A stretch of DNA of 29,572 bases, taken from an archaeon. Its GTDB lineage: Archaea > Iainarchaeota > Iainarchaeia > Iainarchaeales > JAAZKV01. The translations under genes and the position numbers were made by a program. Of this stretch, positions 27,988 through 29,572 are shown piece after piece; positions within the stretch are counted from its first letter, which is position 1; every line of letters starts with the position of its first letter. The stretch covers positions 1 through 29,572 of the forward strand of contig JAVHOV010000037.1 of assembly GCA_036170245.1 (NCBI GenBank). The letters are read 5' to 3'. The notes under the pieces were generated by a model. That model saw only the letters and a list, made by a program, of their open reading frames with translations. It was not told where the DNA came from and made no database searches.

Positions 27988-28077
27988 TTTTACCACAACT
28001 CAAAATTTAACCTTTCTAACCTTAACGGGATTAGAAAAGAACATAAAAATCAATATACAAATATCCTAGAAAAGAAC

Positions 28078-28086
28078 GTTTATAAA
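28078..28086 (-). promoter_or_regulatory. Putative TATA box of the rps15 operon
   Basis: TTTATAAAC on the minus strand about 90 nt upstream of the rps15 start. Confidence 0.45.
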
Positions 28087-28150
28087 GGTTGCTTTGGGGG
28101 GTCAAAATTTAGTTATTTTGAAATTAATTTTATAAAAGTAAAAGATTTAT

Positions 28151-28783
28151 TCAATGGTATCTTGTCCTTTTTTCTACCGCATTCATCCGCTCAATCATTT
28201 CAAGGTCAGGGTTATATCCTTTCATTACAAGTGTCCACCCGTTTTTTAGTTTTGAATGAGTTGCGTTAAAAGTTTTTTTGAAAACAATTAAGTCAGTGGC
28301 TTTTGCTTCAAGATCTTTTGAAAAGTAGCCCAGTCCGAAATCAATGAAGAAAAGATTTCCATGTTTCTTGATTCTATCCTTAAATTCTTTATTATTGTTT
28401 TTTACAAAAATAATATTTGAAGTAGTCAAGTCTCCATGAATTATTCCTCCGTCATGAAGCTTCCTTATTTCTCTTCCTGCTTCGATGCATAGTTTTTTGT
28501 TGGTTTCAATTACGTCCTTTAATCTTTGTCCAGGAATGAATTCCATTATAATTTGGGATTTTTCTTCGCTTACGCTGATTATTTTTGGAACATTTACAAA
28601 ACTAGATGCTTCTCTTAGAAGCTTTGCTTCACTTCTTGTTCTTGTTTTTCTGATTACAATATCAAGTTTTGGATTTCTATAATTTTTTTTAATTCGATTC
28701 TTTTCAAGAACTTTTTTTTCATCAGTTATATTCTCGACAAGCTCTGCTTCAGCTCCTTTTTTATAAAACAAATTTTCTTTCAT
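28151..28783 (-). CDS. bud32: KEOPS kinase Bud32 (PRPK), stand-alone
   Basis: 'KGAEA', 'KNYRNPKLD..IRKTRTRSEAKLL', 'HGDLTTSN', 'IDFGL', C-terminal 'RTRY'. Confidence 0.93.
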   Translation of the reverse strand: MKENLFYKKGAEAELVENITDEKKVLEKNRIKKNYRNPKLDIVIRKTRTRSEAKLLREASSFVNVPKIISVSEEKSQIIMEFIPGQRLKDVIETNKKLCIEAGREIRKLHDGGIIHGDLTTSNIIFVKNNNKEFKDRIKKHGNLFFIDFGLGYFSKDLEAKATDLIVFKKTFNATHSKLKNGWTLVMKGYNPDLEMIERMNAVEKRTRYH

Positions 28784-28829
28784 ACTCAACCATTTTTTTT
28801 ATTCAATAGATTTATTAAAAATTTAATAA

Positions 28830-29327
28830 TCAGCATTTTGTTTCAACAAAATTTTTAATCATATTAATTTTTTCTTTATAGCCTGTCAATAATTCTTTGT
28901 AGTTGCTTCTTAATTTCTCTATTTGAAGAGAGTTTAATCCATTGTAATCCTTTTCTGCATTAGTGATTGAGTTAAATGCAAGATTAATGTATTCTGTCAT
29001 TGCTTTGGCTTCAGCTGAAGAGCAGTTAAATGCAACGTAGTTAAGTTTTGTTGATTCAGCCAAGGATCTGTTCTCATAAGCAAAACTCTCAGCCAAATAA
29101 ATTTCTGCTTCAATTATTTTTGCGTTTTCCCCAGTTGCAGTTTTTTTCAAATCTGCTAAAGCAGTAATATAATTAGTCATTGTTGATGGGCTTGTGGAAT
29201 AAGCTTCTTTTACAAAATATTTCTGCTGTAAGATGCCCATCTTTTGCAGGGAATCGTCGCTTGGACTTACACATCCAAACAAAATCAAAACCAATGCTAA
29301 AACGCATATAAGTGATAATAGTTTCAT
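28830..29327 (-). CDS. Putative lipoprotein, helical, function unknown
   Basis: Lipobox-type signal peptide MKLLSLICVLALVLILFG-C. Confidence 0.75.
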   Translation of the reverse strand: MKLLSLICVLALVLILFGCVSPSDDSLQKMGILQQKYFVKEAYSTSPSTMTNYITALADLKKTATGENAKIIEAEIYLAESFAYENRSLAESTKLNYVAFNCSSAEAKAMTEYINLAFNSITNAEKDYNGLNSLQIEKLRSNYKELLTGYKEKINMIKNFVETKC

Positions 29328-29352
29328 ATTGAGAATATTGTTATTTAGAGTA

Positions 29353-29571
29353 TTAAATTCTTTTCTTTTGGATTATTGCAATAGAAATCAAGGCAATTAA
29401 TAAGACAAAAATTAATGAGTTGTCAGGAATTGTTTGCTCTTCTTTTTGGGGAATATAAGTTAAGTAAGTAGAAGCCATGCAGGTATTACATTGGGTATAA
29501 TTTTCTATATTTGCATTTATCTGAATCAAAGTTTCTTCTGTTATTGGACTACTAAATCCTATGCTTTGTGA
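29353..29571 (-). CDS. 3' end of a surface protein with an IPDN-TM-basic C-terminal sorting signal (5' part outside the window)
   Basis: Hand translation: ...SQSIGFSSPITEETLIQINANIENYTQCNTCMASTYLTYIPQKEEQTIPDNSLIFVLLIALISIAIIQKKRI*. Not in the ORF track. Confidence 0.75.
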   Translation of the reverse strand, partial: SQSIGFSSPITEETLIQINANIENYTQCNTCMASTYLTYIPQKEEQTIPDNSLIFVLLIALISIAIIQKKRI

Positions 29572-29572
29572 G

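Overview
AT-rich archaeal chromosomal window, most consistent with a DPANN lineage. Diapherotrites/Iainarchaeota is my best guess from gene content and protein style, not a verified assignment. From left to right: the 3' part of a Hel308-type helicase; a ~9.5 kb three-gene cluster of large Cys-containing surface proteins, one with a C-type-lectin-like module; a membrane protein plus sepF, divergent from cdc6/orc1 across an AT-rich spacer with inverted repeats (candidate oriC); two basic orphan genes (kinase-like and SAM-methyltransferase-like); PolD DP2 and DP1; UPF0147; a NOG1 GTPase; secF-secD; a ~100 bp IS200/IS605-like end remnant; an archaeosortase coupled to CDP-archaeol synthase, next to DUF92; rps3ae; a tiny ORF; rps15; bud32; a lipoprotein; and a partial gene ending in an IPDN-TM-basic sorting signal. 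The main leads are (1) an archaeosortase/carS pair with candidate 'IP(D)'-CTERM substrates in the same window, (2) a DP1 proofreading subunit with several canonical metal ligands substituted, (3) the lectin-bearing surface cluster, and (4) the palindromic mobile-element remnant. No rRNA, tRNA or CRISPR array was seen. All calls rest on motif recognition by eye.
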